DNA of 64,000 nt from Macrostomum hystrix (lineage: Eukaryota; Animalia; Platyhelminthes): contig CATNEN010000003.1 of NCBI GenBank assembly GCA_950097015.1, positions 14,570,001-14,634,000 on the forward strand, written 5' to 3'. Below are positions 45,453 through 59,800 of the stretch, piece after piece (the stretch's first letter is position 1; each line of letters opens with the position of its first letter). Made by a program: the position numbers and the translations under genes. Under the pieces are notes generated by a model. That model was given only the letters and a program-made list of their open reading frames with translations, was not told the DNA's origin and ran no database searches.

Positions 45453-47277
45453 ATATTAAATGTGATATGACTTTTTCCACATACCCCCTAGTTAATTTTG
45501 TTTATTTATTACGAATTATAAATGTTAAGGTGTCTGAAAAGCAACAAAAGAACTGAATAATGAAGACGATAATTAAAAAAAGAGTTCATTTGAACAGCTA
45601 AGTAACAAAAACGCAATTATAAACAAAAACAAGGCTCATTTAACGCAACTCATAATATCTAAGATAATGTTTAAGCTTGATTTTTTCTCGGCCCTGAAAA
45701 TTTAGATGTGTAAATATACACATGCCAATGAGTATAAAGTTCTTAATTTATTATGCTAGTGTTTGTTAATGCGTTTGCTACCGCTTCTTCTCCAGTAACG
45801 GCGGTTGCTGCTGCTGTTCCTGCTCTTGCTATAGCTGTTCATGCTGTATCTGCTCATACTGTTGCTCATGGAAAGTGACTCATTGGGTTTTTGAGGAAGA
45901 TCGTCCTGATCAGTTATCCTAAAAACTACTGATAGCGTAAATTGAGCCTTCAAAATCGCATACGAGTAGATTTTCGGCAAAATTACGTAACAAAATAAAA
46001 ATCGAGTCCAAGGTTTTCCAAATCAGTCAATCGTGAGCGCGATGTTAGAGTGGCCGAGAAAAACCGGAGCTCGTGATGTGACGACTCGAAACACGCGCCC
46101 ATACAACGATTACAATTTTTATGGTTCACGTAAGCGTATTACGTAATTACAAGTATATTACGTAATCTCCGCCACCCCACCTCTACTGTACAATGTCGGC
46201 TAATCTTAGCGCGACAGGGCTTTCTTGTACATCTAATTCAAGGTCAAGGCTGGGTCAGCGGAGCCTTTATTCCCACTGTTCACGCGCGCGATGCGTGAAA
46301 TTTATTTAAAATTAATATATATATGCAAAATCAATATAGCCTTTTTGCAGCCCTTTTGGTCTAAAAGTAATTGTCTAACAAAATAAGTAAGCTAAAAGTC
46401 AGAAAGAAAGTATCAGAAAGTATAACAAAACAAGTGGAAAATAGATTACAAATCAATTGCTATATTTGTCAGTCTATAAAAATGATTCGCTAAACCATAT
46501 CTTTTTGTTTTTGTTGCTGCAACAAGAAAGTTCGCATTCAACCAATTTAGCACGAATTCAAATTATACAAAAATTTGGCATTGAGCTAAAATTTTACATT
46601 CGGTTTTTGAAATTTGAAATTGCTAGAAAAAATATGGAAATCAAAATGAGGCTACTGATAGGTACAGCGTAGAGAATATTTGCTTGTAGATTCATATATT
46701 TTACTATTGTTACCAATATTTTAGATTGTATTCGATGAAAAAAGACAATTAATAAAACAGAATGGGACACTGAAAATCACAGTTAACTATTGTGGCCTTT
46801 AAAATAGTTTCAATGTTAGGCAAAGGAAAAAGGCACACGTTTTGGAATATTAATATTTAATGCTAGATAAAATACACATGGAAAGCTTTTTTTCTAAAAC
46901 GAGTTTCATCTAAAAAATTGTAACCTCAAGTTAAAATAGTTATAAGGGATCGGATTACTGATGTAATTAGAAAAAAGGATTAACGACAGGATTATCGATG
47001 AGACAAGGGATTAGTTATGTTATTAGGTAGGCTTACTGAAGGGACAGTGGCGATACTCAATATTAACTTTCGTAAAATATTTAAAATCATCAAAAAGAAA
47101 GTACTAATTAATTAAAAAGTAAATTTTTATTGAGTTAATGAGCGTTGTACATAAAGGCACAGTTTGAATGATTGAGTGAAGCAATCTACGAAAACATGGA
47201 GTGCCAATTGACAGATTTTCATGTACAAAATTATATGGTAATAAGGATCGGATAATAGGCAATGCAAATACTGGAAA

Positions 47278-47640
47278 TAGGGTGGGATAAAATGGACTCA
47301 GATTACTGGTAATAGGGTGGGATAAAAGGGACTCATATTACAGGTAATAGGTTGGGATAAAAGGGACTCATATTACAGGTAATAGGTTGGGATAAAAGGG
47401 ATTCATATTACTGGTAATAGGTTGGGATAAAAGGGATTCATATTACTGGTAATAGGTTGGGATAAAAGGGATTCATATTACTGGTAATAGGTTGGGATAA
47501 AAGGGACTTATATTACTGATAATAGGTTGGGATAAAAGGGACTTATATTACTGATAATAGGTTGGGATAAAAGGGACTCATATTACAGGTAATAGGTTGG
47601 GATAAAAGGGACTCATATTACAGGTAATAGGAGAGGATAA
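47278..47640. repeat. 35-bp minisatellite downstream of the TMEM135 stop
   Basis: ggtaataggttgggataaaagggactcatattaca, about 10 copies. Confidence 0.95.
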
Positions 47641-47811
47641 TATAGGACCAAATTACCATGTAAGATTATGGCAGATATTGACAAAAGTAACAATAATAGA
47701 TTTGGGATAAATAGCAGACAGAAGAAAGACCAACAATTTAGGGATTAATAACTGTGTCCTATTTTGATACCTCTGTTAAGTTAAAAGAAGACTGTGACAT
47801 CATCAGCAACA

Positions 47812-50800
47812 TCAGCAGCAGCAGCCGTCGCCGCCGCCACCGTTCAATCCAAATCGGTTAATTTTGAGTCGCCGGATCATTTCGTCTGGTCCCTTAGCCA
47901 AACTGCTGACAGTGGGATCATAACTAGGCCAGAAATCCGGTTTCAACAGGCTGCTATGACCGCCGTTTAAACCGTCGAGAATACGCCGATTAATCTCGCC
48001 AAATTTGCCATCGGTCATTCGTAATAAAAATTTCCAATAAGTCGGCCTAAGACTGTGCGGCTCAAACACAGCGCAGTGGAACACAATGGCCGTTGATAAA
48101 GCGTAGAGCAAAATGTCGCTATGCGGCACTCGTGGCAGCCAACCGGCGCTGACTGCGGTACCGCATGCTAGTTCAACAGCTTTGCTGGCCGTGTACATAG
48201 CTACGCTGCTGCTACGATACGCTAGCATGCTAACTCCGGCAATTAGGCCACTAATAGCAGCTTTGATACCAGCTGCGTTGTCATGGCAACCGGAACTACT
48301 AGTAGGATAGCGTCGCAGAAGACAATTAACAGCCTGATAGATTGCAGACAATGAGCCTAAAAAGGTGCCGAATTTGGCCCCATCCGGATGAAATAACATC
48401 GCTGAGAGAATGGCTCGCAGATTTCTATGCTTGGAAGATTGCACAGCGGTTGCTAGGGCAGTTACTAGGCGCAAAGTCGACTGGATACCGTAGCCAAACA
48501 GGAACATGCGAGCGAATTTCTGAAATTAGAATGCACAATTAATTAAAAAAAGGGCTTAATATTCTAATTTTATTTTCCTGCCTACTAACAAGTAGGCTGT
48601 TGTGAAAAAAGCTACAACTTTGTTTTAACACAAAATATTAAACACCGTTTTCCGATTCCATGAAAAAATAGAAAAATAGAAAAGGGAAGTTTAAGAATAG
48701 GTGGGAATAGGAGTTTTAGAAAACAGAGGGATGTGGGAGATTTTGGAAAGCAGTAGGATTTTAGGAAAGTTAGAGAGAAAAATGAAGGACATTCGGAGAT
48801 TTGGGACAACTGTAGGATGCTGAAAGATTTGGAGAAAAGTAAGAAAATTGGGAATACAGTAGGGTATTGGGGGATTTGGGAATACAATATGATATTGGGG
48901 GATTTGGGAATACAGTATGATATTGGGGGATTTGGGAATACAATATGATATTGGGGGATTTGGGAATACAATAGGATGTTGGGAGATTTGGAAATACAGT
49001 AGGATAGGATATTGGGAGATTTGGGAACACATTAGGATCTTGGGGGATTAGGGAATACAGTAGGATCTTGGGAGATTTGGGAATACAGTAGAATATTTGG
49101 AGATTTGGGAATACAGTAGGATCTTGGGGGATTTGCGAATACAGAAAAATATTGGGAGATTTGGGGATACAGTGCGATAAACAATAGAATGAGGAAACTA
49201 ACATAGATTGCATTAGCCAAACAGGAGTCGGCATGCAACTGTCGGCAGTCCTGGAATGTTGTCTTGCCGCCAGGCAGGGCTTTCAACGTGTCCTGCAGCC
49301 ACTTAGGCAGGTAGCCTGTGATCGGAAACTGCTGGCAGTCATCAGCGCCAGAAGAAATCGCCTTTCGTAGGTCTGATTCTCCTAGAAGGAATCTAGAAAA
49401 CATGACAAAAGTAGTAAAAGTACTTTCTCGTAGATTTTTACTGCCTCTAAAAACGACAGACAAGAAAGTTATCACGCACCTGATTCCAGACCTCAGACTG
49501 CCACCGATTTGATTTGTTCTGCAATTAAAATCGTGAACTTTTGTTTCTCAGAGATACGATTTTTATAATAAAACCTTAGAACTGTCCAAACAACTTGAAA
49601 AAACTAGAAAATGTTTTATGAAAAAAAGACTGACAGAGACATAAAAGAAAACAAAGATACAGACAAAAAGATAGACGGACACACAGAACAGACAGACTGA
49701 CACACAGAACAGACAGACTGACACACAGAACAGACAGACTGACATACAGAACAGACAGACTGACACACAGAACAGACAGACTGACACACAGAACAGACAG
49801 ACTGACACACAGAACAGACAGACTGACATACAGAACAGACAGACTGACACACAGAACAGACAGACTGACACACAGAACAGACAGACTGACACACAGAACA
49901 GACAGACTGACACACAGAACAGACAGACTGACATACAGAACAGACAGACTGATATACAAAACAGACAGACTGACATACAGAACAGACAGACTGAAATACA
50001 GAACAGACAGACTGATATACAGAACAGACAGACTGACATACAGAACAGACAGACTGACACACAGAACAGACAGACTGACATACAGAACAGACAGACTGAC
50101 ACACAGAACAGACAGACTGACATACATTACAGACAGACTGATATACAGAACAGATAGACTGACACACAGAACAGACAGACTGACACACAGAACAGACAGA
50201 CTGAAATACAGAACAGACAGACTGACAGACTGACATACAGAACAGAAAGACTGACATACAGAACAGACAGACTGACATACAGAACAGACAGACTGACACA
50301 CAGAACAAACAGGCTGACATACTGAACAGACAGACTGACTACAGAACAGACAGACTGACATACAGAACAGACAGACTGACTACAGAACAGACAGACTGAC
50401 ATGCAGAACAGATAGACTGACACACAGAACAGACAGACTGACACACAGAACAGACAGACTGAAATACAGAACAGACAGACTGACACACAGAAAAGACAGA
50501 CTGACATACAGAACAGACAGACTGACACACAGAACAGACAGACTGACACACAGAAAAGACAGACTGACATACAGAACAGACAGACTGACACACAGAACAG
50601 ACAGACTGACATACAGAACAGACAGACTGACACACAGAACGGACAGACTGACATACAGAACAGACAGACTGACACACAGAAAAGACAGACTGACATACAG
50701 AACAGACAGACTGACACACAGAACAGAGAGACTGACACACAGAACAGACAGACTGACATACAGAACAGACAGACTGACACACAGAACAGACAGACTGACA

Positions 50801-53800
50801 CACAGAACAGACAGACTGAAATACAGAACAGAGAGACTGACACACAGAACAGACAGACTGACACACAGAACAGACAGACTGACACACAGAACAGACAGAC
50901 TGATATACAGAACAGAGAGACTGACACACAGAACAGACAGACTGATATACAGAACAGACAGACTGACATACAGAACAGACAGACTGACACACAGAACAGA
51001 CAGACTGACACACAGAACAGACAGACTGACACACAGAACAGACAGACTGACACACAGAACAGACAGACTGACACACAGAACAGACAGACTGACACACAGA
51101 ACAGACAGACTGACACACAGAACAGACAGACTGACACACAGAACAGACAGACTGACACACAGAACAGACAGACTGACATACAGAACAGACAGACTGACAC
51201 ACAGAACAGACAGACTGACACACAGAACAGACAGACTGAAATACAGAACAGACAGACTGACAGACTGACATACAGAACAGAAAGACTGACATACAGAACA
51301 GACAGACTGACATACAGAACAGACAGACTGACACACAGAACAAACAGGCTGACATACTGAACAGACAGACTGACTACAGAACAGACAGACTGACATACAG
51401 AACAGACAGACTGACTACAGAACAGACAGACTGACATACAGAACAGACAGACTGACACACAGAAAAGACAGACTGACACACAGTTCGATGATTCTTGTCA
51501 AGCCCATATAAGTAAACGACAACAAAGTATTTGAAGTCAATGATTGAAGACATTTTATCGTCATTTTGCTGAATAATGAATCCTGATTTAAGAAATTGGG
51601 ATATCAAATATCAAAGGCAATTATCCACGAATTATCCCAATGTTTTGCATAAATTGTCAAACGAAAAAACATGGTCGACATTGAGATAATCTTTTAGATT
51701 TATTTCGGATTAATTAAAGCTCATTATTAACTAGACGGCAAATAAATAAACCTTTTTTCCTTCTTTCCTATCAGCTACTGCCGAACTAATTGGGTGTGTG
51801 GTTGTCTCTCACCAATTCCCTTCAAGCAAGTTTGGGATAACAAGCTAAGGGTCTTAACTAGGGAAATTGTTGAATACCAATGGCAGTATAAGGCTAGTTA
51901 AGATGATGGCGAGAGGATGGGGAGAACAGAATCGAAGAAAACATGACAGCCAACATTAACCAGCTCGTCAAAGAACTAAGGATGAGGAAGAGAGGGAGGG
52001 AGATGAAGATCTGCTTCTTGTTCAAGGGTTGAACAATAACAAGGGAATTTCTACAAAAGCAGCATATAATTCAAGCAAAGATTTCATTGCATCGACTAAC
52101 TAGCATTGATTGATTGACAGCTCGCAGCTGTTGCGTGCCTCATTCCGCATACTAACATACGCAGTCTACAACTTTCGAATGATGATAATAATATTTATAA
52201 CTATTCCTAATTGGCATTCTCACATGCCATAAATCTATTATCAATAGTTTAGTTCGTAATATGAAAAAAATTTCACCTGGCTTAGTTGAAATATTCCAAT
52301 GATTAGCAATTTCCATTAGCGACAGCACGCAATGCTCTACTTTTTGTGTCTTTGTTCCTAGTGGGAGGAGATACGTGCAACTTTCCTACATTAACGTCCC
52401 GTTGTGGGCCCATAGCAACAAAACGAAAAAAACTCCTAGCCAAAAACCTTCCCTTCTAAATTCCCTTCTGCACCCAAACAGTTTGGCAATAGAATAAAGA
52501 GATTTAAAATCTGACAGACAGATGGACAGATAAACTGACAGCGATATTGCTACTGTCATCGGGGAGACATACGACCTCGGCATATGTCAGTGTCATGTCA
52601 CTGTCAGTGTGTAATCAGTGAGCCTTGTAGAAGATTAGCACAAGTCTATAACTGACATGGCAACATACGAGTACATTAAATAGTTAAGACTTTTTGCCAG
52701 ATGAATATAATGAACCCGAAAATTAACCTATTACATGCTGAAAATCTATTTACTTAAAGCTTTATAAGTCCTAAACTACTAAAAGTTCTAAACCCGAAAC
52801 TTTATTACAACCGAAACTAAAAAACCCGACATTTTAAATCCGAATTTTTTATAAACTCAAAACTTTATAAACCGGAAAATTTAATAAACCCGAAACTGAA
52901 TAAACCCGAAACTTTATAAAACCGAAACTGAATAAACCCGAAGCTTTATAAAACCGAAACTGAATAAACCCGAAACTTTATTAAACCCGAAACTTTATCA
53001 AACCGAAACTGAATAAACCCGAAACTTTATTACAACCGAAACTAAAAAACCCGACATTTTAAATCCGAATTTTTTATAAACTCAAAACTTTATAAACCGG
53101 AAAATTTAATAAACCCGAAACTGAATAAACCCGAAACTTTATAAAACCGAAACTGAATAAACCCGAAGCTTTATAAAACCGAAACTGAATAAACCCGAAA
53201 CTTTATTAAACCCGAAACTTTATCAAACCGAAACTGAATAAACCCGAAACTTTATTACAACCGAAACTAAAAAACCCGACATTTTAAATCCGAATTTTTT
53301 ATAAACTCAAAACTTTATAAACCGGAAAATTTAATAAACCCGAAACTGAATAAACCCGAAACTTTATAAAACCGAAACTGAATAAACCCGAAGCTTTATA
53401 AAACCGAAACTGAATAAACCCGAAACTTTATTAAACCCGAAACTTTATCAAACCGAAACTGAATAAACCCGAAACTTTATTAAACCCAAAACTTTATCAA
53501 ACCGAAACTGAATAAACCCAAAACTTTATTAAACCCGAAACTTTATCAAACCAAAACTGAATAAACCCGAAACTTTATTAAACCCGAAACTTTATAAACA
53601 CTGAAGTTTATTTATCCGAAACTTTTTGAATCCGATACTTAAGAAAATGCTAATAATCATAACACCTAAAAAAGGCAAAACTTTTAATAAACGAAAAAAA
53701 CTTATCAACCGGAATTTTTTAAAACCCGAAAACATTTCTACCCGGACCGTATAGGAAAATAAAGACAGGTCTAGAATGTGTCAAATCCCATTAAAATGAA

Positions 53801-56800
53801 TTCAACATGAACTAGGTAATGGTGATCCGCAACGAAATGATGGGTTGACAGGCGCCAACACAGAAAGAGATACACAGACAGGGACAATAAACATAGTCAC
53901 GAATCGCTTTTAGACGAACGAACTATAGGCATCAACCAGCTGTCAAAACACACGCACAGACACAACCCGTGACTGCATTTAAGGCAGCTTATGGAATGCC
54001 CAATAAAAATGCTTTTTTTGAAATCTCTATGCCTAATTGAAAATTCTTTTATTCCAATTGCTATGGAGATAATTATGTGACACAAACACACATCGATTGC
54101 GTAAAACTGGAAATTTGAATCAGAAAGTTTAAATCAAATATAAGTAGCTAATTGGGATGTGCTAAATAAATTCCAATACTATATAGACTTCTGTAGCTAA
54201 GGTTACAGAGCATGAGGGGGTCAGTGGGCAAGAGCGGTTAACGCGTTTGCCTCCCGCACCAAGGTCCCGGAGCTCGATTACGCGGCGAGGCCACATTCAT
54301 TTTGGGCGGAGTCGCGGAGAGAAGGCTTGGGGGCTTGTTGTGCAATTTACGCCCTTGAGGGCCAACCTTCCAGGCACAGTGAGAGTGTACACTGCCTGAC
54401 GATGAGAAAGTCAGGGCAGATGTACACACCTGTGTGAGCGTGTGCCTGCGTACGGTATCTGTGTGCGTTTGTGCTCAGGAGTCAGCGAAATGGGCAGAAT
54501 TGCTTATAAAATGAAGATTACTATCTCGATCAACAATTTCTCGTCTGTTCATTTTAGCTTCAAAAAATTGTGATTGTGATATTTAAATTTTTACAAGTCT
54601 CCAATAATGAGATCTGCAATGAATGATAGACACAAATCTCATTTCCCATATTTTCAGTCGATCTAATCAAGCGAATGTCAATGCAGATATGTGTGAGCGA
54701 AAGATTGAGAGAAAAAAGTGGGACACCTCATTCCGTAATTATCCTCATCTTCTCAATTTGGGGATCTAAATTAAAGACTGAAATCTATCTATACTTGATG
54801 TGGCCAGTCCGAATCCCATTCTGGGACTGGGACAGAATTCTCAAGCTAGTAGTAGCAAGTAGATCATTGGGAAGGGGGGTAGGGTGAGGATAATCAACTT
54901 TCTGCCACGCTGATCATGATCGCCAATGTTTGGGGAGAGGCATGGGAACAGAATGTCTCTAGGGATTGGGACAAGCTAAGCTAGTTGCTATGCGAAAAGG
55001 CTCTAGGCTCTATCGGACGAACTAAAATGATGTCCCAAAATTTTTTTGAAGGCCCAAATGAGATTGAGTTCGTGCAAGCGAGTGAGATAATCTAAAGATT
55101 TTTCTAATCTAGATTCCATTATTTTTTTTCCGACACGAAATTGGACTCATCAAAGCTTGAATCTAAATAAAATAATTGCTGGGGACCAGTGAAGCAGTTA
55201 GTTAAACAAAAATTTCCCAGTCCAATCAGACTTGATATACAGTTAGAATTTGATTATGATTATCTATAGAAGAGCTGATTTTAACTTCCGGTCAACAACT
55301 CGCCGTGTTACACAATAGTATTTAAACATTTAAACTAAAGCTTATTTAAATTTAATAGATTCTGCTTCGTAATCGTATCGTAAATTGAGTTTTAGGCGAA
55401 CCAAAAAATGATGGATGGCTGCAGGGTTGAAACCGATGTTGTGCGAATAGTGGGAAGACATGAGAAGATTCAAAAATTGAAAAAGAGAGGTATAGTAAAG
55501 AGAAGACAGGTAAGAGACAGTAATCGGATCAGTTAAAGAGGAGATAATAATAGTAGAGAAAATAGGAAAGTAGAAGCGAGGAGATAAGAGTAGAGGATTA
55601 GAAAGGAGATAAAAGAGGGAAGGAGAGGAGAGGAGAGAAGAGAGGGAAGGAGAGTAGAGGAGAGAAGAGAGGGAAGGAGAGGAGAGGAGAGAAGAGAAGG
55701 AAGAAGAGGAGAGGAGAGAAGAGAGGGAAGAAGAGGAGAGGAGAGAAGAGAGGGAAGGAGAGGAGAGGAGAGAAGAGAGGGAAGGAGAGGAGAGGAGAGA
55801 AGAGAGGGAAGGAGAGGAGAGGAGAGAAGAGAGGGAAGGAGAGGAGAGGAGAGAAGAGAGGGAAGGAGAGGAGAGGAGAGAAGAGAAGGAAGAAGAGGAG
55901 AGGAGAGAAGAGAGGGAAGGAGAGGAGAGGAGAGAAGAGAAGGAAGAAGAGGAGAGGAGAGAAGAGAGGGAAGAAGAGGAGAGGAGAGAAGAGAGGGAAG
56001 GAGAGGAGAGGAGATAAGAGAGGGAAGAAGAGGAGAGGAGAGAAGAGAGGGAAGGAGAGGAGAGGAGAGAAGAGAGGGAAGGAGAGGAGAGGAGATAAGA
56101 GAGGGAAGGAGAGGAGAGGAGATAAGAGAGGGAAGGAGAGGAGAGGAGAGAAGAGAGGGAAGGAGAGGAGAGGAGAGAAGAGAAGGAAGAAGAGGAGAGG
56201 AGAGAAGAGAAGGAAGAAGAGGAGAGGAGAGAAGAGAGGGAAGGAGAGGAGAGGAGAGAAGAGAAGGAAGAAGAGGAGAGGAGAGAAGAGAGGGAAGGAG
56301 AGGAGAGGAGATAAGAGAGGGAAGGAGAGGAGAGGAGAGGAGAGGAGAGAAGAGAAGGAAGAAGAGGAGAGGAGAGAAGAGAGGGAAGAAGAGGAGAGGA
56401 GATAAGAGAGGGAAGGAGAGGAGAGGAGAGAAGAGAGGGAAGGAGAGGAGAGGAGATAAGAGAGGGAAGGAGAGGAGAGGAGAGAAGAGAGGGAAGGAGA
56501 GGAGAGGAGAGAAGAGAGGGAAGGAGAGGAGAGGAGAGAAGAGAGGGAAGGAGAGGAGAGGAGAGAAGAGAGGGAAGGAGAGGAGAGGAGAGAAGAGAGG
56601 GAAGGAGAGGAGAGGAGAGAAGAGAGGGAAGGAGAGGAGAGGAGAGAAGAGAGGGAAGGAGAGGAGAGGAGAGAAGAGAGGGAAGGAGAGGAGAGGAGAG
56701 AAGAGAGGGAAGGAGAGGAGAGGAGAGAAGAGAGGGAAGGAGAGGAGAGGAGAGAAGAGAAGGAAGAAGAGGAGAGAAGAGAAGAGAGGGAAGAAGAGGA

Positions 56801-59800
56801 GAGGAGATAAGAGAGGGAAGAAGAGGAGAGGAGAGAAGAGAGGGAAGGAGAGGAGAGGAGATAAGAGAGGGAAGGAGAGGAGAGGAGAGAAGAGAGGGAA
56901 GGAGAGGAGAGGAGAGAAGAGAGGGAAGGAGAGGAGAGGAGAGAAGAGAAGGAAGAAGAGGAGAGAAGAGAAGAGAGGGAAGGAGAGGAGAGGAGAGAAG
57001 AGAGGGAAGGAGAGGAGAGGAGAGAAGAGAAGAGAGGGAAGGAGAGGAGAGGAGAGAAGAGAGGGAAGAAGAGGAGAGAAGAGAAGAGAGGGAAGAAGAG
57101 GAGAGGAGATAAGAGAGGGAAGGAGAGGAGAGGAGAGAAGAGAGGGAGAGGGGTGAGTTTTTCGCAATATTTACAATCTGAGCACAGTTTAAAGTGACTT
57201 TTTAATTCTAATAATAGAATAATGTGGAAACAAGTTAAACGAAAAAAACCATTCAGTAATAAATTATACGTAGGTTTTAGATAAGGGACAGGGTTCAGGG
57301 ACCAGGGACCACTACGGACTAGACACTGACATAGTTGCTATGGGACAAAAGAGAGAGGTCATCCACTATTTACATCTCGGCGAGCCAAAAAAACATACAA
57401 AAACCACATCTTTGAACTTAGAATTCGAAAATAAGAAATACTTGCATATCATCGCACACTACATGGGAAGCTTTTAATATGAATTCTTTAATATGTAGGA
57501 AGGTTTTTTTTAAAGGCAGACTTTTTTGGGAAAACAAACACTGCCAGGCACGAGCGAACTAGATTAACCTTGGGCCAACTTGACATCTCGTGTATGTGCA
57601 TAGCGTGCGTATGTGTGTGATGATGCAAGGAGAAATGAACATTACTGCTAGGATCATATGCGAGTAATAATGGGATAATGGATTAAGGCGCCCATCATTA
57701 TTTGTTTTAACTATCGGCGTCGTGGCTTTGTTGACAGAAAATATTGGAGAGGGCAAGATGAGGGGAGTTTTGGAGGCTTTTTGTAGATTATTGATCGTTC
57801 TTTAGAAATAATATTAGAGCGAGAAAGCTAATGTCAACTAGAAGACAAAGAAAAGAAGCACAGAGCAGATTTTAGAGGAGAATTTGAAGAGAAAAGGAAA
57901 AGATAAGAGAGTGTGAGAAGAAGATGGGAGAATGTGAGGAGAAGATGGGAGAATGTGAGGAGAAGATGGGAGAATGTGAGGAGAAGATGGGAGAATGTGA
58001 GGAGAAGATGGGAGAATGTGAGAAGAAGATGGGAGAATGTGAGGAGAAGATGGGAGAATGTGAGGAGAAGATGGGAGAATTTAAGAAAAAGATAGGAGAA
58101 TCTGAGGAGAAGATGGGAGAATGTGAGGAGAAGATGGGAGAATGTGAGGAGAAGATGGGAGAATGTGAGGAGAAGATGGGAGAATGTGAGGAGAAGATGG
58201 GAGAGTGTGAGGAGAAGATGGGAGAATTTAAGAAGAAGATAGGAGAATCTGAGGAGAAGATAGGAGAATGTGAGGAGAAGATGGGAGAATGTGAGGAGAA
58301 GATGGGAGAATTTGAGAAGAAGATGGGAGAATGTGAGGAGAAGATGGGAGAATTTAAGAAGAAGATAGGAGAATGTGAGGAGAAGATGGGAGAATGTGAG
58401 GAGAGGATAAGAGAGTGTGAGGAGAAGATGGGAGAATGTGAGGAGAAGATGGGAGAATGTGAGGAGAAGATGGGAGAATGTGAGGAGAAGATGTGAGAAT
58501 GTGAGGAGAAGATGGGAAAATATGAGGAGAGGATAAGAGAGTGTGAGGAGAAGATGGGAGAATGTGTGGAGAAGATGGGATAATTTGAGGAGACGATCGG
58601 AGAGACATACCTTCTACGTAAAAACTTAAATCAAGCTATAGTAAATGAAAGATTAATCTACAAGTAGTCAAATAAGACAACTAAATTCAGCACTAAATAC
58701 TAAAATTATTGTTTATAATTAATTTTCCGACATACAAAAATAATACAAGCGAAAATTGATGTACTGACTAACGCGGCTAAAACAAAATTATCATACTCAG
58801 CCAAGTGTTAATGCTATTATTAATATACAAAAGGCGATATTAAGTCCTAGGCTGCTCATTTTTTTGTTTGAGTAGACGAAGGGAAAAATAAGACCCAATT
58901 TACATCTCAGAGACTCGTAATGGAACAGTGACTCATTCAACTTCTGACACATCCCAATATCATCTTAAACAGCTCCTAGCCTGAATCCTTCATTGGATCT
59001 GTAACTATTTAATATGCAAATAATGTTGACTAAGAAAACGGAGCCGACCAGCTTGATATAGGCTTAGTCATATTGCGGCTAAAATCACCCACTTAACCCA
59101 CAGGAATTGATGGAAAAACGTGAATTTTGTAGGACTGAACTGCACGAAATAAAACTAATATTATGTGCATTCTACTGTTTTGGAGTTTAGTCTATGGCCT
59201 AGATACGTAGATATAGGTTACAGCGTGTAGCGCAGATACTGTTTCTCCTATTAGGACAAAGATACGAACTTCAGACCTATGTGTAAAGAATTTCGCAGTC
59301 TAAAACACTCGTCAGGCTACAGCAAGAAAAAAATACTTATGATATGATTAACATATAATTACGATCGGTACAGTAGGGTTAATTAATAACTCGCAATAAC
59401 AAAAATCATTATAATTTGTTACATCTGCCACATCTGAAGGCTGTTGCGTACAACTGTTCAGTCCATGGACTGGGGAGGCGCTACACCCACCCTTAATTAC
59501 ACCAGCTAATGCTAGAAACCATTTAACAGCATGGGTGAAAATAAACAATGCAGAATTAAGTGTTTTGCTAAAGGGTACAATTTTTTTTCAGTGTAGCCAA
59601 GAATCGAACCCCCGACCAACAGTTCGTAGAACTTACTGGTACATGTAGAAAAAGAAGCTAGTTGATAGACTGAACAGAGCAACCTGAAATGGTTATAGGT
59701 CCATTTAAATTTCTCTATTAATATAGAATCATATAAATATTAGCGAGTATAACAGCAAATAACAAAGATTCATACCTCGCCGTAAGGCAAAGGTCGAACT

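Noticed and set aside
49563-51479. Cys-rich ORFs (SVCLFCV / CSVCQSV repeats) resembling metallothionein or zinc fingers
   Set aside because: 21-bp intronic minisatellite, open in all three frames
54385-54428. Possible hammerhead in SINE B (ctgacga..gaaa..gtc)
   Set aside because: No stem II or helix III can form, and the other copy reads ctgacaa; better explained as a simple stem-loop
55533-57167. 544-aa Leu/Ser/Pro ORF
   Set aside because: Translation of a 27-bp purine/pyrimidine repeat inside a TMEM135 intron
57924-58496. (MGECEEK)n heptad ORF resembling a coiled coil
   Set aside because: Product of a 21-bp minisatellite antisense within an intron; no unique flanking coding sequence
58610-58657. 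Candidate TMEM135 exon with good ag/gt flanks
   Set aside because: Contains an in-frame stop in the frame tested; exon 59683-59637 already joins 49518 in phase
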